A stretch of 45,815 nt of DNA, from NCBI GenBank assembly GCA_002369525.1, contig DFFN01000042.1:1-45815 (forward strand), read 5' to 3'. Origin of the DNA: Lachnoclostridium sp. UBA3775 (lineage in GTDB: Bacteria; Bacillota; Clostridia; Lachnospirales; Lachnospiraceae). Shown piece after piece: positions 1 to 9,534 of this stretch. The translations under genes and the position numbers were made by a program. The notes under the pieces were generated by a model. The model was not told the DNA's origin and did not search any database. It worked only from the letters and a program-made list of their open reading frames with translations. How positions within the stretch are numbered: the first letter of the stretch is position 1; each line of letters begins with the position of its first letter.

Positions 1-441
1 ACGATTGACAAAGGCTCCAAGGACGGCATTAAGAACGATATGAATGTTATTGCCGGTAACGGACTGGTCGGAATCGTTTATCAGGTAAACGATAATTATT
101 CTCTGGTAAGAAGCATTATTGACAATAACAGCAATGTCAGCGCCACCATACTCAAATCATCCGATTCGTGTATGGTGTCGGGAAACATAAAGCTTTTTGA
201 CGAAGGTTATATACTTGTAAAGGAAATACCGGTTACGAGTACCGCTTCAAACAATTATCAGGTCATAACCTCTAATCAGAGTTCAAAATTCCTGCCCGAT
301 ATTCTTATCGGTTATGTATCAAACATAACTGTAAGCCCGGACGGACTTACAAAGGAAGGCTATCTGACACCGGTCGTGGATTTCAGAAGGCTTGACAAGG
401 TTCTTGTAATTACAACTATGAAGGAGAGTGTCACTGAATAA
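1..441 (+). CDS. mreC: Rod shape-determining protein MreC, C-terminal part (5' end lies upstream of the window)
   Basis: Frame 1 is open from nt 1 (TIDKGSKDGIKNDMNVIAGNGLVGIVYQV...), so the listed ORF 40..441 is only the first in-window Met. MreC-like C-terminal sequence, directly upstream of mreD-PBP2-rodA. Confidence 0.8.
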   Translation, partial: TIDKGSKDGIKNDMNVIAGNGLVGIVYQVNDNYSLVRSIIDNNSNVSATILKSSDSCMVSGNIKLFDEGYILVKEIPVTSTASNNYQVITSNQSSKFLPDILIGYVSNITVSPDGLTKEGYLTPVVDFRRLDKVLVITTMKESVTE

Positions 442-459
442 AAGTGCACGGATAATAAA

Positions 460-966
460 TTGCTTAGTGTTGCTGTGTATGCTGTGGAGATGATCATTCT
501 TTTTCTCCTGCAGCATACTGTATTTACGAATTTAAGCGTCGGAAATATAGTTCCCGATCTGATAATCATACTTGTTTTTGCGGTAGCATATCAGAACGGA
601 AAAGTGGCCGGCATATTTGCGGGAATCGCCGGAGGACTGCTTCTTGATCTTACTTTCGGATCTGTCCTCGGTGTTTATGCACTTGCCTATATGTTTATAG
701 GTTATTTCTGCGGTTTTCTTGCAAATTATTATATCAGATCGGATCTTTTACTGCCGCTGGCGGTTATTTCCGTGTCTGAATTTGTGTTTTCGTTTTACAG
801 TTATATAGTCAACCGTCTGATCTACGGAGATACCCTGATTTCCTACTATTTTAAGAGGATAATGATTCCGAAGGTGGCGTATACCCTTGTTCTGGCAGTG
901 ATCATATATAAGCTTTTGGACTATGTCTACATTTCCATTTTGCTGGAGGATGAAGAAGATAACTGA
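460..966 (+). CDS. mreD: Rod shape-determining protein MreD (polytopic membrane protein)
   Basis: 168 aa, almost entirely hydrophobic helices. Sits between mreC and PBP2, with a TGATG stop/start overlap into PBP2. The TTG start at 460 has no clear RBS; an in-frame ATG at 490 is an alternative. Confidence 0.7.
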   Translation: MLSVAVYAVEMIILFLLQHTVFTNLSVGNIVPDLIIILVFAVAYQNGKVAGIFAGIAGGLLLDLTFGSVLGVYALAYMFIGYFCGFLANYYIRSDLLLPLAVISVSEFVFSFYSYIVNRLIYGDTLISYYFKRIMIPKVAYTLVLAVIIYKLLDYVYISILLEDEEDN

Positions 967-3845
967 TGTTTAGCAGTCTGATAGAAAAGTCAAAGGATTC
1001 ATTTGTGGTAAGATCGGTCATCGTGTTTATACTGATGATCGTTCTTTTCATGCTTGTTGCCGTAAAACTTTTCGGACTTCAGGTGGTCACCGAAAAGAAA
1101 TCGCCGGAAGCCGACATGCAGGAGCTTGACAGGATCGGTAAGGCAGGAAAAGACGAATCGGAGGCCGGCTATAAATACGTGACGGAATATGTTCTTCCCG
1201 CCAGAGGAAACATATATGACAAAAACGGAAATCTTCTTGCATACAATGTACAGGATTACAATCTTTACCTGATCAATTCGGCTTCTCTTAAGAACAATGA
1301 GGAGAGGAATGCCGCAATGCTCGGGCTTTCAAAGCTTTTAAAGCAGTACGGTTATGAGCCTGATTTTACATTTCCTCTTGTTGTGGATGAAAGCGGAAGA
1401 CTGAGCTACACTGTAAGCGACAATGCACTGTATCGCTTTTTAAAGAACTGTTTCGGTCTCCCTTCAGCAAACGATCTCACTGCTGAACAGAAAGAAACAA
1501 CTCCCGATGAACTGTATGATTATCTGAAAAAAGGCAACAAGATCACTTCGATGTTCGGTATTGACGATAAATATACCAGGGATGAAGCTCTTGAGATTAT
1601 GAAATACCGCTATCAGCTTTACACAAACAATCCTTCGTATGCCAAAATAAAGCTTGTTTCGGGAATCAGTGAAGAATTCAGGATAGTGCTTCTTGAGAAC
1701 CTGAGCAATATTCCCTGCGTCGAGATTGAAAAGACCTATAAAAGAGTTTACAATGATTCTCTTTACTTTGCTCACGTGATAGGTTATATCGGAACCATAA
1801 ACGAAGCAGAGCTCGCTGCGTCTAAAAAGGTAGGTCTTGATATCTATACTTCCGAAAGCAAGGTCGGAAAGCTCGGTGTGGAACAATCCTATGATGATTA
1901 TCTTCAGGGAAGCCTCGGAGAAGTCAGAGTAACTCTGAATTCTTCCGGGCAGATTGTGGAAAAAACCAGAATAAGCGAGCCTGTTGACGGTAACGATCTA
2001 TATCTTACGATCGAACGTGAATCCCAGATCGCAGGTTATTACCTTGTTGAGAAAAACGTTGCTGCAATACTTCTTTCTAAGCTTGTAAATTCCATGAGCT
2101 ACGGTTCTATGGGAACAAGCGCGGACGAAATTACCATTCCTGTATACGAGGTCTATTCTGCGCTTATTGAAAACAATGTCATCAAGGTCTCCGACTTTAA
2201 TGAACGTGAATTAAGCGATGCCGAGAAAAACATTTATGAGCCTTTTTCCTCGGAAAAGGGAAGCTGGACATTAAAACTGAAAGAACTGTTAAAACAGGAT
2301 AATACGGTTAAGTATAATGATTGTGACGAAAACACCAAGGAATTACTGGATTATCTGTATTCGGCACTCAGAAACGGCTGGGCGGTTGTTAACAAGAACA
2401 TTGACACGGACAGCGAGCATTTTAAAAAATATTTAGAAGGTGAAGCTTCGATATCGGAATTTCTCAATGCCTGTATCGAAAACGGAAATATTGATACCTC
2501 TGTTCTTAAGCTCTCCGACGGTTATTATTCAACCGATGAGCTTTACAAAATTCTTTATGAGTTTATTGCTGAAAAGCTTAAAACAGATAACGGATTTGAA
2601 AAGAAAATTTACAGGCTAATAATCATGGGCGGAAAAATCTCCCCGAAAGATCTCTGTCTTGCACTTTATGACCAGGGAGTTTTAAGGGAAGACAAGGAAA
2701 GCTATAATGCACTTGCAAATTACAGGCTTTCAACCTTTGAATTCATCAAGAGAAAGATCAACAATCTTGAAATCACGCCGGCAATGCTTGCATTAAGACC
2801 CTGCAGCGGTTCAATGGTTGTGACGGATCCTTTTACCGGTAAGGTTAAGGCTTTGTGTTCATATCCGAGCTATGACAATAACAGGCTTACAAACAGTATT
2901 GATTATGATTATTATACCGAACTGAGTGAGGATAAATCCTATCCCATGCTTTGCCGTGCAACACAGTCAAAGACTTCAACCGGATCGACCTTCAAGCCTC
3001 TTACTGCGATAGCTGCCCTGACAGAGGGAACTATCACTGCCGGTACGACAATCCACGACGATGTAAAGTTTGAGAAGATAACTCCTTCGCCTTCCTGCTG
3101 GAGTACACGTTCTCACGGTTATATCAATGTTTCGGAAGCAATCATGTATTCATGTAACTATTTCTTCTTCGAAACTGCCTACAGATTTTCGACAAGAGGA
3201 GGAAATTACAGCGACGAAAGGGGACTGTCTGTAATACATAAATATGCCGAAAAATTCGGTTTCAATTCCCTGTCGGGTGTTGAAATCCAGGAATCCATGC
3301 CGGAGATTTCAAATACCGACGCGATAAGAACCTCAATAGGCTACTATCACAGCTTTGCTCCGGTACATATGGCAAAATATGTAAGCACCATAGCCAACAG
3401 CGGTACATGCTATAACCTGACACTTATCGATCAGGTTAAGTCAAAGGAGGGGGTTGTAGTCTATGAAAAAGAGCCTTCTGTTTACTATAAACTTGACGAG
3501 GTAGCAAAGAATTCATGGGATGCGGTCCACATCGGGATGAGAAAGGTGGTAATCACATCGCTTCCTTCAGTGTTCAAAGGCTTTAATATAAGCGTTGCCG
3601 GAAAAACCGGAACACAGCAGGTAAGCCTCAAACAGCCCAACAATGCGCTGTTCATATCATATGCGCCTTACGAAAACCCGCAGATCGCGGTTGCGGTGGT
3701 CCTTCCCAACGGTTACACGTCATCAAACGCAGCCAAAGTGGCGAAGGAATATTACGATTTTTATTTTAACGGAAACAACAAGGAAAACCTTCTTTCCGGA
3801 AAAGTATATGCCGGCGAGGCCGACGGTACAAAAGTAGGAGATTAG
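966..3845 (+). CDS. mrdA: Penicillin-binding protein 2 (elongasome class B transpeptidase), long form 959 aa
   Basis: N-terminal TM anchor and the three transpeptidase motifs: STFK (in STGSTFKP), SCN (YSCNYFF) and KTGT (AGKTGTQQ). Lies between mreD and rodA. Carries a ~240-aa insertion before the TPase domain. Confidence 0.9.
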   Translation: MFSSLIEKSKDSFVVRSVIVFILMIVLFMLVAVKLFGLQVVTEKKSPEADMQELDRIGKAGKDESEAGYKYVTEYVLPARGNIYDKNGNLLAYNVQDYNLYLINSASLKNNEERNAAMLGLSKLLKQYGYEPDFTFPLVVDESGRLSYTVSDNALYRFLKNCFGLPSANDLTAEQKETTPDELYDYLKKGNKITSMFGIDDKYTRDEALEIMKYRYQLYTNNPSYAKIKLVSGISEEFRIVLLENLSNIPCVEIEKTYKRVYNDSLYFAHVIGYIGTINEAELAASKKVGLDIYTSESKVGKLGVEQSYDDYLQGSLGEVRVTLNSSGQIVEKTRISEPVDGNDLYLTIERESQIAGYYLVEKNVAAILLSKLVNSMSYGSMGTSADEITIPVYEVYSALIENNVIKVSDFNERELSDAEKNIYEPFSSEKGSWTLKLKELLKQDNTVKYNDCDENTKELLDYLYSALRNGWAVVNKNIDTDSEHFKKYLEGEASISEFLNACIENGNIDTSVLKLSDGYYSTDELYKILYEFIAEKLKTDNGFEKKIYRLIIMGGKISPKDLCLALYDQGVLREDKESYNALANYRLSTFEFIKRKINNLEITPAMLALRPCSGSMVVTDPFTGKVKALCSYPSYDNNRLTNSIDYDYYTELSEDKSYPMLCRATQSKTSTGSTFKPLTAIAALTEGTITAGTTIHDDVKFEKITPSPSCWSTRSHGYINVSEAIMYSCNYFFFETAYRFSTRGGNYSDERGLSVIHKYAEKFGFNSLSGVEIQESMPEISNTDAIRTSIGYYHSFAPVHMAKYVSTIANSGTCYNLTLIDQVKSKEGVVVYEKEPSVYYKLDEVAKNSWDAVHIGMRKVVITSLPSVFKGFNISVAGKTGTQQVSLKQPNNALFISYAPYENPQIAVAVVLPNGYTSSNAAKVAKEYYDFYFNGNNKENLLSGKVYAGEADGTKVGD

Positions 3846-3846
3846 A

Positions 3847-5058
3847 ATGTTTAAAAAACGCGGTTACAATATAAAAAACTTCAGATTCTCTCTTTTGATC
3901 GTTGTCTGCCTGCTTTCGTCTGTCGGTCTTGTTGTGTTAAGGGCACTGACGGTAAATCAGAATCAGACCATGTTTAAAAAGCAGGTCCTGGGCGTTGCTG
4001 CAGGTATCTTCATACTGCTGGTTGTATCTTTCTTTGACTATCACTGGATAGGCAAGCTCTGCATACCTTTATATTTTTTTAATATATTCCTGATGCTTTT
4101 TTGCAGATATGTTGACAGATCGATGAGTCCGAGGATATACGGAAAAAGCGTTGACCAGGCAAGACGATGGATCCATATAGGAAGTCCGCAGGGAGGACTT
4201 GACATAATGCCGTCAGAGATTACGAAGATTGTAATTATAGTCTGTCTGGCAAGACTCTTTGTTTTCCTGGAGGGCAAGATAAATAAATTTACGTCGTTGA
4301 TGCTGATCGCCATGATAAGCCTGGTACCGGTCCTGCTTGTTTTCATGCAGCCCGATCTTTCGACAAGTATTGTTATAATGGCAACCATGCTGATCATGCT
4401 TTTTATTGCGGGACTTTCCTTAAAGATAGTAATACCGGTGCTTGCGGTGACAATCCCGGGAATAATCGGCTTTTTATGGTATATACAGCAGGATTTCGGA
4501 AGCAAACTTTTAAAACCGTGGCAGAGGGACCGTATACTTTCGCTGCTGCATCCTGCCGATTATCCTGATCTTATGTATCAGCAGAACAATGCAGCCGCAG
4601 CGATCAAATCCGGAAAAATCTTCGGAAAAATGATTACCGCACCGGGAGAAAAAAGACTGACGGATTATGTTCCCGTCGTTGAGAGCGACTTCATATTCAG
4701 TGCGGTGGGAGAAGAGCTCGGCTTTATCGGCACTATGGTTATCGTAATACTTTTCCTTTCATTCCTTTTCATTGCCCTTCACATTGCCTTGGAGGCAAAG
4801 GATAAGCTGGGAAAATATATTGCAGCAGGTATAGCGGTAATGATCACAATACAGGCCTTTGTAAATATAGGCGTGGTGCTTTCGCTCCTTCCGAACACGG
4901 GCATACCGCTGCCTTTCATGAGCAACGGATTAAGCTCTTTGCTTACTAACTTCCTTGTGGTCGGGATACTGCTTAATATCGGAATGCAGAACAAGGATGT
5001 GAATCCGGTAGATGATGACGTTATAGTTTTCAGTAAATATCATAAACAGGAGATGTGA
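3847..5058 (+). CDS. rodA: SEDS-family peptidoglycan polymerase RodA (FtsW/RodA family)
   Basis: 403 aa, about 10 hydrophobic segments, conserved C-terminal NTGIPLPFMSNGLSS block typical of FtsW/RodA. Starts 1 nt after the PBP2 stop. Confidence 0.85.
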   Translation: MFKKRGYNIKNFRFSLLIVVCLLSSVGLVVLRALTVNQNQTMFKKQVLGVAAGIFILLVVSFFDYHWIGKLCIPLYFFNIFLMLFCRYVDRSMSPRIYGKSVDQARRWIHIGSPQGGLDIMPSEITKIVIIVCLARLFVFLEGKINKFTSLMLIAMISLVPVLLVFMQPDLSTSIVIMATMLIMLFIAGLSLKIVIPVLAVTIPGIIGFLWYIQQDFGSKLLKPWQRDRILSLLHPADYPDLMYQQNNAAAAIKSGKIFGKMITAPGEKRLTDYVPVVESDFIFSAVGEELGFIGTMVIVILFLSFLFIALHIALEAKDKLGKYIAAGIAVMITIQAFVNIGVVLSLLPNTGIPLPFMSNGLSSLLTNFLVVGILLNIGMQNKDVNPVDDDVIVFSKYHKQEM

Positions 5059-5059
5059 T

Positions 5060-6043
5060 ATGAAAAAGATACTTGCAATATTGCTCATTTTAATAATGAC
5101 AGTCTCTGTTTTTGCTTGTTCAAAACCGGAGGATGAGCTTTATGCTTTTTATGCTGATGAGGACAATCTTATCAGTAAGGACATAGGCGAATATATTGAA
5201 GGCCGTTCGGCGACATTTTTTACCGAGGGCGAGCTTTGTTACGTAAAACCTGATGAGATGAGTGACGACGAAAATCTTAAAAATAAAGCAACGCTTGTCA
5301 TAAACATTACGAAAAACGAGCTTGTTTATGCAAAGGACTGCTTCAAAAAAGTCTATCCCGCAAGTATCACCAAGCTGCTTACCACACTTGTGATACTCGA
5401 TATGGGAAAGCTTGACGATTACTATACCGTCAAACAGGACAACTGCGGAATAACAGAAGAAGGAGCCCAGCTTATGGGCTTTAAAGCCGGTGATGTAATA
5501 AAGGTTGAAGATCTGCTTTACTGCCTGCTTCTATATTCCGGTAATGATGCGGCTGCGGCACTTGCAGATTATCTTTGCCAGGATGAAACGAAATTCTGCG
5601 AGCTGATGAATGAAAAAGCGATCAAGCTCGGATGCATCGAAACTCATTACACCAATCCTCATGGACTTCATGATACAAACCATTATACCTCGGCTTACGA
5701 CGAATACGTTATCCTTAAAAAGTGTCTTGAATACGATGTGTTCAGGAAGATTTCCGAACTTTCGGAATATGACTTTTCATACAAAACTGGAGAGGGCGGT
5801 TTCAGAAACCTTACCGTTAAAACAACCAACAAATATAAGCTTGGTATTTATGAAATACCCGAAGGCATTTCGATCATAGCCGGAAAGACCGGAAACACAT
5901 ATGCCGCAGGCCCCTGTCTTATTCAGTGTGTCAAGAACAAAAATAACGAGGAATTTATCATCGCGATCTTCGGTGCAAAGGATAATAAAGACCTTTATAC
6001 ACAGATGAGCTATATGATGAAGAAGGTCTCGGAAGATTTATAA
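5060..6043 (+). CDS. D-alanyl-D-alanine carboxypeptidase (S11, low-MW PBP), probable lipoprotein
   Basis: Signal peptide ending VSVFAC (lipobox-like). Motifs SITK (SxxK), SGND (SxN) and KTGN (KTG). Confidence 0.85.
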   Translation: MKKILAILLILIMTVSVFACSKPEDELYAFYADEDNLISKDIGEYIEGRSATFFTEGELCYVKPDEMSDDENLKNKATLVINITKNELVYAKDCFKKVYPASITKLLTTLVILDMGKLDDYYTVKQDNCGITEEGAQLMGFKAGDVIKVEDLLYCLLLYSGNDAAAALADYLCQDETKFCELMNEKAIKLGCIETHYTNPHGLHDTNHYTSAYDEYVILKKCLEYDVFRKISELSEYDFSYKTGEGGFRNLTVKTTNKYKLGIYEIPEGISIIAGKTGNTYAAGPCLIQCVKNKNNEEFIIAIFGAKDNKDLYTQMSYMMKKVSEDL

Positions 6044-6071
6044 AATTTTTATACAAATCATCAATTAATGG

Positions 6072-6100
6072 TTGTGTTTTTGGTGATTTTGCTCTATAAT
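6072..6100 (+). promoter_or_regulatory. Sigma-A type promoter: TTGTGT - 17 nt - TATAAT
   Basis: -35 at 6072-6077 and -10 at 6095-6100 with an exact 17-nt spacer, about 35 nt upstream of the RBS AAGGAGG and the ATG at 6135. Confidence 0.55.
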
Positions 6101-6134
6101 ATAGACATAAAGAACTCATAAGGAGGACAAATAA

Positions 6135-6554
6135 ATGGTTCAGATTATTGCAGGCGAAAAAGGTAAAGGTAAAACAAAAATCCTTCTCGACAAGGCAAAT
6201 ACCGATATCAAAACGGCAAGAGGTACCATTGTTTATCTCGATAAAGACAATCAGCATATATATGAGCTGAACAATAAAATCCGTCTTATCAACGTACGTG
6301 AATATTGCATAGACGGTGCTGATGAATTCGTAGGTTTTATCTGCGGTATCATTTCACAGGACAATGATATTGAAAAGATTTATCTGGATAGTTTCTTAAA
6401 GGTTGCTAAACTTGACGCTGACAAAGCCGATAAGTATGTGGAAAAACTCGATTATGTTTCCCAGAAATTCAATGTGGATATTATTGTTTCGTACTCACAG
6501 AAGTCTGATGAGCTATCGGAATTTATCAAGAGCAAGCTAGTTGTAGCGCTCTAA
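6135..6554 (+). CDS. Small (139 aa) P-loop protein of unknown function
   Basis: Strong RBS (AAGGAGGA). Walker A-like GEKGKGKT at residues 7-14 and a possible Walker B hhhLD (IVYLD). Own promoter and own terminator. No family recognised. Confidence 0.5.
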   Translation: MVQIIAGEKGKGKTKILLDKANTDIKTARGTIVYLDKDNQHIYELNNKIRLINVREYCIDGADEFVGFICGIISQDNDIEKIYLDSFLKVAKLDADKADKYVEKLDYVSQKFNVDIIVSYSQKSDELSEFIKSKLVVAL

Positions 6555-6575
6555 TAAATGTATTGAGGTTTGATT

Positions 6576-6608
6576 GAAAGGCGTGCCGGGCACGTCTTTC
6601 TTTTTTTT
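6576..6608 (+). terminator. Rho-independent terminator
   Basis: GAAAGGCGTGCC / GGCACGTCTTTC stem (12 bp including one G-T) with no intervening loop sequence, so the innermost pairs must open to form the loop. Followed by T8 at 6601-6608. Confidence 0.8.
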
Positions 6609-6700
6609 ACACAAAAAAATAAAAAAAATACAATATAAGGGCTTTTATTTTTTTATCATATACTGTATAATGTATTTGTATGTTTATAGGGAGGAAAGCA

Positions 6701-8122
6701 GTGAGGGAGAAAAATGATAAAACAATCAAGCCTCCGAAGATCAAAAGGACAAGGAAAGTAAGAAACCTGAATATAGGTATTCTTATAATAGCTCTTGTAT
6801 TTATTTATATGGTCGTAAACATAGCGGTGAGCCTTCGCAAGGAACACCTTTCCGTATATGAAGTCCAGGCGGAAAGAATGGCATTTGACCGCAGGACCGA
6901 AGCGGTGATAATAAGAAATGAACAGGGTTATTATACCGACAAGGCCGGATATACCAATTTCTATGTGCGTAACGGCGCAAGGATAGCTGTGGGGAATACC
7001 GTATATTCGATAGACGAAAGCAAAAACATACATGATTACCTTTCGGAATATAATTACAGCTATTCGTTTTCTACCTCCGACGTCAATTCGTTAAAGAATT
7101 ATGTTTCCAGATTCGGAGATAATTTTGACACTGATGATTATTCGGATGTTTACGAGCTGAAGGAAAATATCGAATCGGAAATTCTAAGTATATCCGATAC
7201 CTATGTTATGGAGCACCTGAGCGAAATAATGGAGGGACAGGATAAGACCGTAAGTTTCAATGTGGTAAAATCCGAAAATTCCGGTGTCGTTTCCTTCTTT
7301 TCTGATTCGCTTGACGGAATAAAGGCCGATGATGTAGGTCCGAAGAGTTTTGACAAAACAACATACAATTCAAAGAATCTTTATGATTCAGAGATCAAAG
7401 AGCAGAATGCGCTTGTATATAAGCTGATACTCGACGAAAACTGGAGTCTTGTGATAAGGCTCAGCGATGAACAGTATAATAAGCTTGCCGGAAAGAGCAG
7501 CATTTCCTTTACGATAAGAGACGATGATTTTCATGTGACACAGAAATGCTCCTTCTTTATGAAGGATAACGAGCATTTCTGCAAGGTTGATATGACCGAT
7601 TATGCTGTCAGATATCTCAAACAGCGTTTTCTCGATATAGAACTTGACATAAGCGATCAGGAAGGACTTAAGATTCCGACCTCATCTCTTACAACGAAGG
7701 AATTTTATGTCATACCTTCCGAGTATTATGTCTCATATGAAGACGAGAATGAGGTGAAATATGGTTTCACTTATATGAATTATGATAAGGAAACCAGACA
7801 GACAAGCTATGAATTTGTTCCTGCCGAGTGCTATTATGAGGATAAGGACAAGGGTGTTGTTTATGTCGATACCAAGGATTTTGAGCACGGACAGTATGTT
7901 TACTGTATGGAAGACGAGACTCTCTATCAGGTCAGCGTCATAGAATCGCTTGAAGGTGTGTTCAATGTAAACAAGGGTTATGCAATATTCAGGAGAATTG
8001 AAATGATAACCCGCGGTGATGAATACTGTATTGTAGCGGCCGGAGCCGACAGAAGTCTCAGCGTTCATGACCATATAGTTCTTAATTCCAAGCTTATTGA
8101 TGAAAATCTGCAGATTTATTGA
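6701..8122 (+). CDS. Membrane-anchored protein, HlyD/barrel-sandwich-like (function unknown)
   Basis: Basic N-tail, one TM (LNIGILIIALVFIYMVVNIAV), then a soluble region. The segments 'AVIIRNEQGYYTDKAGYTNFYVRNGARIAVGNTVYSIDE' and C-terminal 'GYAIFRRIEMI..DEYCIV' resemble HlyD-type adaptor proteins. I prefer the GTG at 6701 (GGAGG at 6690-6694, 6-nt spacer) over the ORF-track ATG at 6680. Confidence 0.45.
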   Translation: MREKNDKTIKPPKIKRTRKVRNLNIGILIIALVFIYMVVNIAVSLRKEHLSVYEVQAERMAFDRRTEAVIIRNEQGYYTDKAGYTNFYVRNGARIAVGNTVYSIDESKNIHDYLSEYNYSYSFSTSDVNSLKNYVSRFGDNFDTDDYSDVYELKENIESEILSISDTYVMEHLSEIMEGQDKTVSFNVVKSENSGVVSFFSDSLDGIKADDVGPKSFDKTTYNSKNLYDSEIKEQNALVYKLILDENWSLVIRLSDEQYNKLAGKSSISFTIRDDDFHVTQKCSFFMKDNEHFCKVDMTDYAVRYLKQRFLDIELDISDQEGLKIPTSSLTTKEFYVIPSEYYVSYEDENEVKYGFTYMNYDKETRQTSYEFVPAECYYEDKDKGVVYVDTKDFEHGQYVYCMEDETLYQVSVIESLEGVFNVNKGYAIFRRIEMITRGDEYCIVAAGADRSLSVHDHIVLNSKLIDENLQIY

Positions 8123-8141
8123 TTTGCGGGAGGTGGAAGAA

Positions 8142-8843
8142 ATGGGTGAGTCTGTTAAAGATAGACTTGCGGCAGTAAAAAAAAGCATAGAAGAATGTGC
8201 AAAGGCCTGTAAAAGAGACAAAGAGGTAAAACTTATTTGTGTTTCAAAAACCAAGCCTTCGGAAATGATAATGGAAGCCTATGAGTCCGGAGAACGTGAT
8301 TTCGGCGAGAATTATGTTCAGGAGCTTTGTGCGAAGGCAGAAGAGCTCCCTAAGGACATTATCTGGCACATGATAGGTCCGCTCCAGAAAAACAAGGTAA
8401 GAAAAGTCGTAAAGTATGCGGAATATATTCATGCTGTTGACAGTGTCGAGCTTGCGGCATTCATTGATAAAGAGGCGGAGCGTATAGGCAAGGTTCAGAA
8501 AATTATGCTTGAGCTTAACATGGCCGGTGAGGAAAGCAAGCATGGATTTAAACCCGAGGAAGTTATTGATGCGGTTAAGGAGATTGCTCCTTTAAAAAAC
8601 ATTAAGCTTACAGGTCTGATGTGCATACCCCCGCTTGCAGTTTCGGCGGATGACAACAGAGTATATTTCAGGCAGATAAAAAGCCTTGAAAAAAAGATCA
8701 ATGACATGGGAATCTGCGATTCGGAACTTACCGAGCTTTCCATGGGCATGAGTGAGGATTACAAATGCGCAATTGAAGAAGGCGCAAGCTACATACGCAT
8801 CGGAACAGCAATATTCGGTGCAAGGGATTACAGTAAAAAATAA
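8142..8843 (+). CDS. yggS: YggS/YlmE-family PLP-binding homeostasis protein
   Basis: KLICVSKTKP (PLP lysine) with an alanine-racemase-N-like fold pattern. Start moved to the ATG at 8142 (RBS GGGAGGTGG at 8128-8136), because the ORF-track TTG at 8097 overlaps the upstream gene. Confidence 0.85.
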   Translation: MGESVKDRLAAVKKSIEECAKACKRDKEVKLICVSKTKPSEMIMEAYESGERDFGENYVQELCAKAEELPKDIIWHMIGPLQKNKVRKVVKYAEYIHAVDSVELAAFIDKEAERIGKVQKIMLELNMAGEESKHGFKPEEVIDAVKEIAPLKNIKLTGLMCIPPLAVSADDNRVYFRQIKSLEKKINDMGICDSELTELSMGMSEDYKCAIEEGASYIRIGTAIFGARDYSKK

Positions 8844-8866
8844 AAATATTAAAGGAGGACAATAAA

Positions 8867-9505
8867 ATGGGTCTGTTAAGCAGCTTGAAGGATGCCATCT
8901 TTATGGATGAGGATGAGGATGACGATGATGAACTGTATGAAAAAGAAATGAAAAATATCGAGAGGAAAGAAAACTCCAAAAAACGTGAGAGCAGTTATAC
9001 TCCCCGCAAAAAAGCAAGCGATTATGATGATAACTATCAGGACGAGTATGATGCTCCGGCGTCTAAAAATACAAGGGAGAAAAAGAAGCAGTCGACGGTT
9101 GAAAAATTCTCTTCCTATTCTTCTTCAAACATAACTCCCCCGAGAAGTCCCGAAAGCTCATATTCTTCTTACAGGAATCCCAAGCCTGTAAAGAGGACTC
9201 AGGATGCTTCCGATATCAGCATCTACAAGGTTAAGAATTTTTCCGATGCCCAGGTAGTATGTGACAGTCTTTCTTCGGGAAGAGCCATTATCGTAAGCTT
9301 TGATGAGATCAGCGAGGAAGAGTCACAGCGTATAATGGACTTTATCTGCGGATGCATTTATGTCATTGAAGGAAATATCCACACCATTTCGGAGAAAATT
9401 TATCTTTTTTCACCCAAGGATGTTGATGTTTCGGGCGATTACATGAGCATGGTTCAGAAAAACGGTTTTGGTGTTCCGACTTTTTCAGGCTCCAAGACAT
9501 ACTAA
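8867..9505 (+). CDS. sepF: Cell division protein SepF
   Basis: Acidic and disordered N-terminal half. Conserved SepF C-domain (IYKVKNFSDAQVVCDSLSSGRAIIVSF...QRIMDFICGCIYVIEGNI). Synteny yggS-sepF-divIVA. Confidence 0.85.
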   Translation: MGLLSSLKDAIFMDEDEDDDDELYEKEMKNIERKENSKKRESSYTPRKKASDYDDNYQDEYDAPASKNTREKKKQSTVEKFSSYSSSNITPPRSPESSYSSYRNPKPVKRTQDASDISIYKVKNFSDAQVVCDSLSSGRAIIVSFDEISEEESQRIMDFICGCIYVIEGNIHTISEKIYLFSPKDVDVSGDYMSMVQKNGFGVPTFSGSKTY

Positions 9506-9534
9506 GTTTTGATTATTTATGAAGGAGAGACTAA

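Noticed and set aside
3643-3837. Same-strand overlapping small ORFs in other frames (3643..3837, 5610..5879, 9710..9898, 13697..13897, 16003..16212, 23706..23984, 35182..35451, 41711..41935, 44149..44346).
   Set aside because: They are embedded in strongly supported genes, have no RBS, and have compositionally odd translations.
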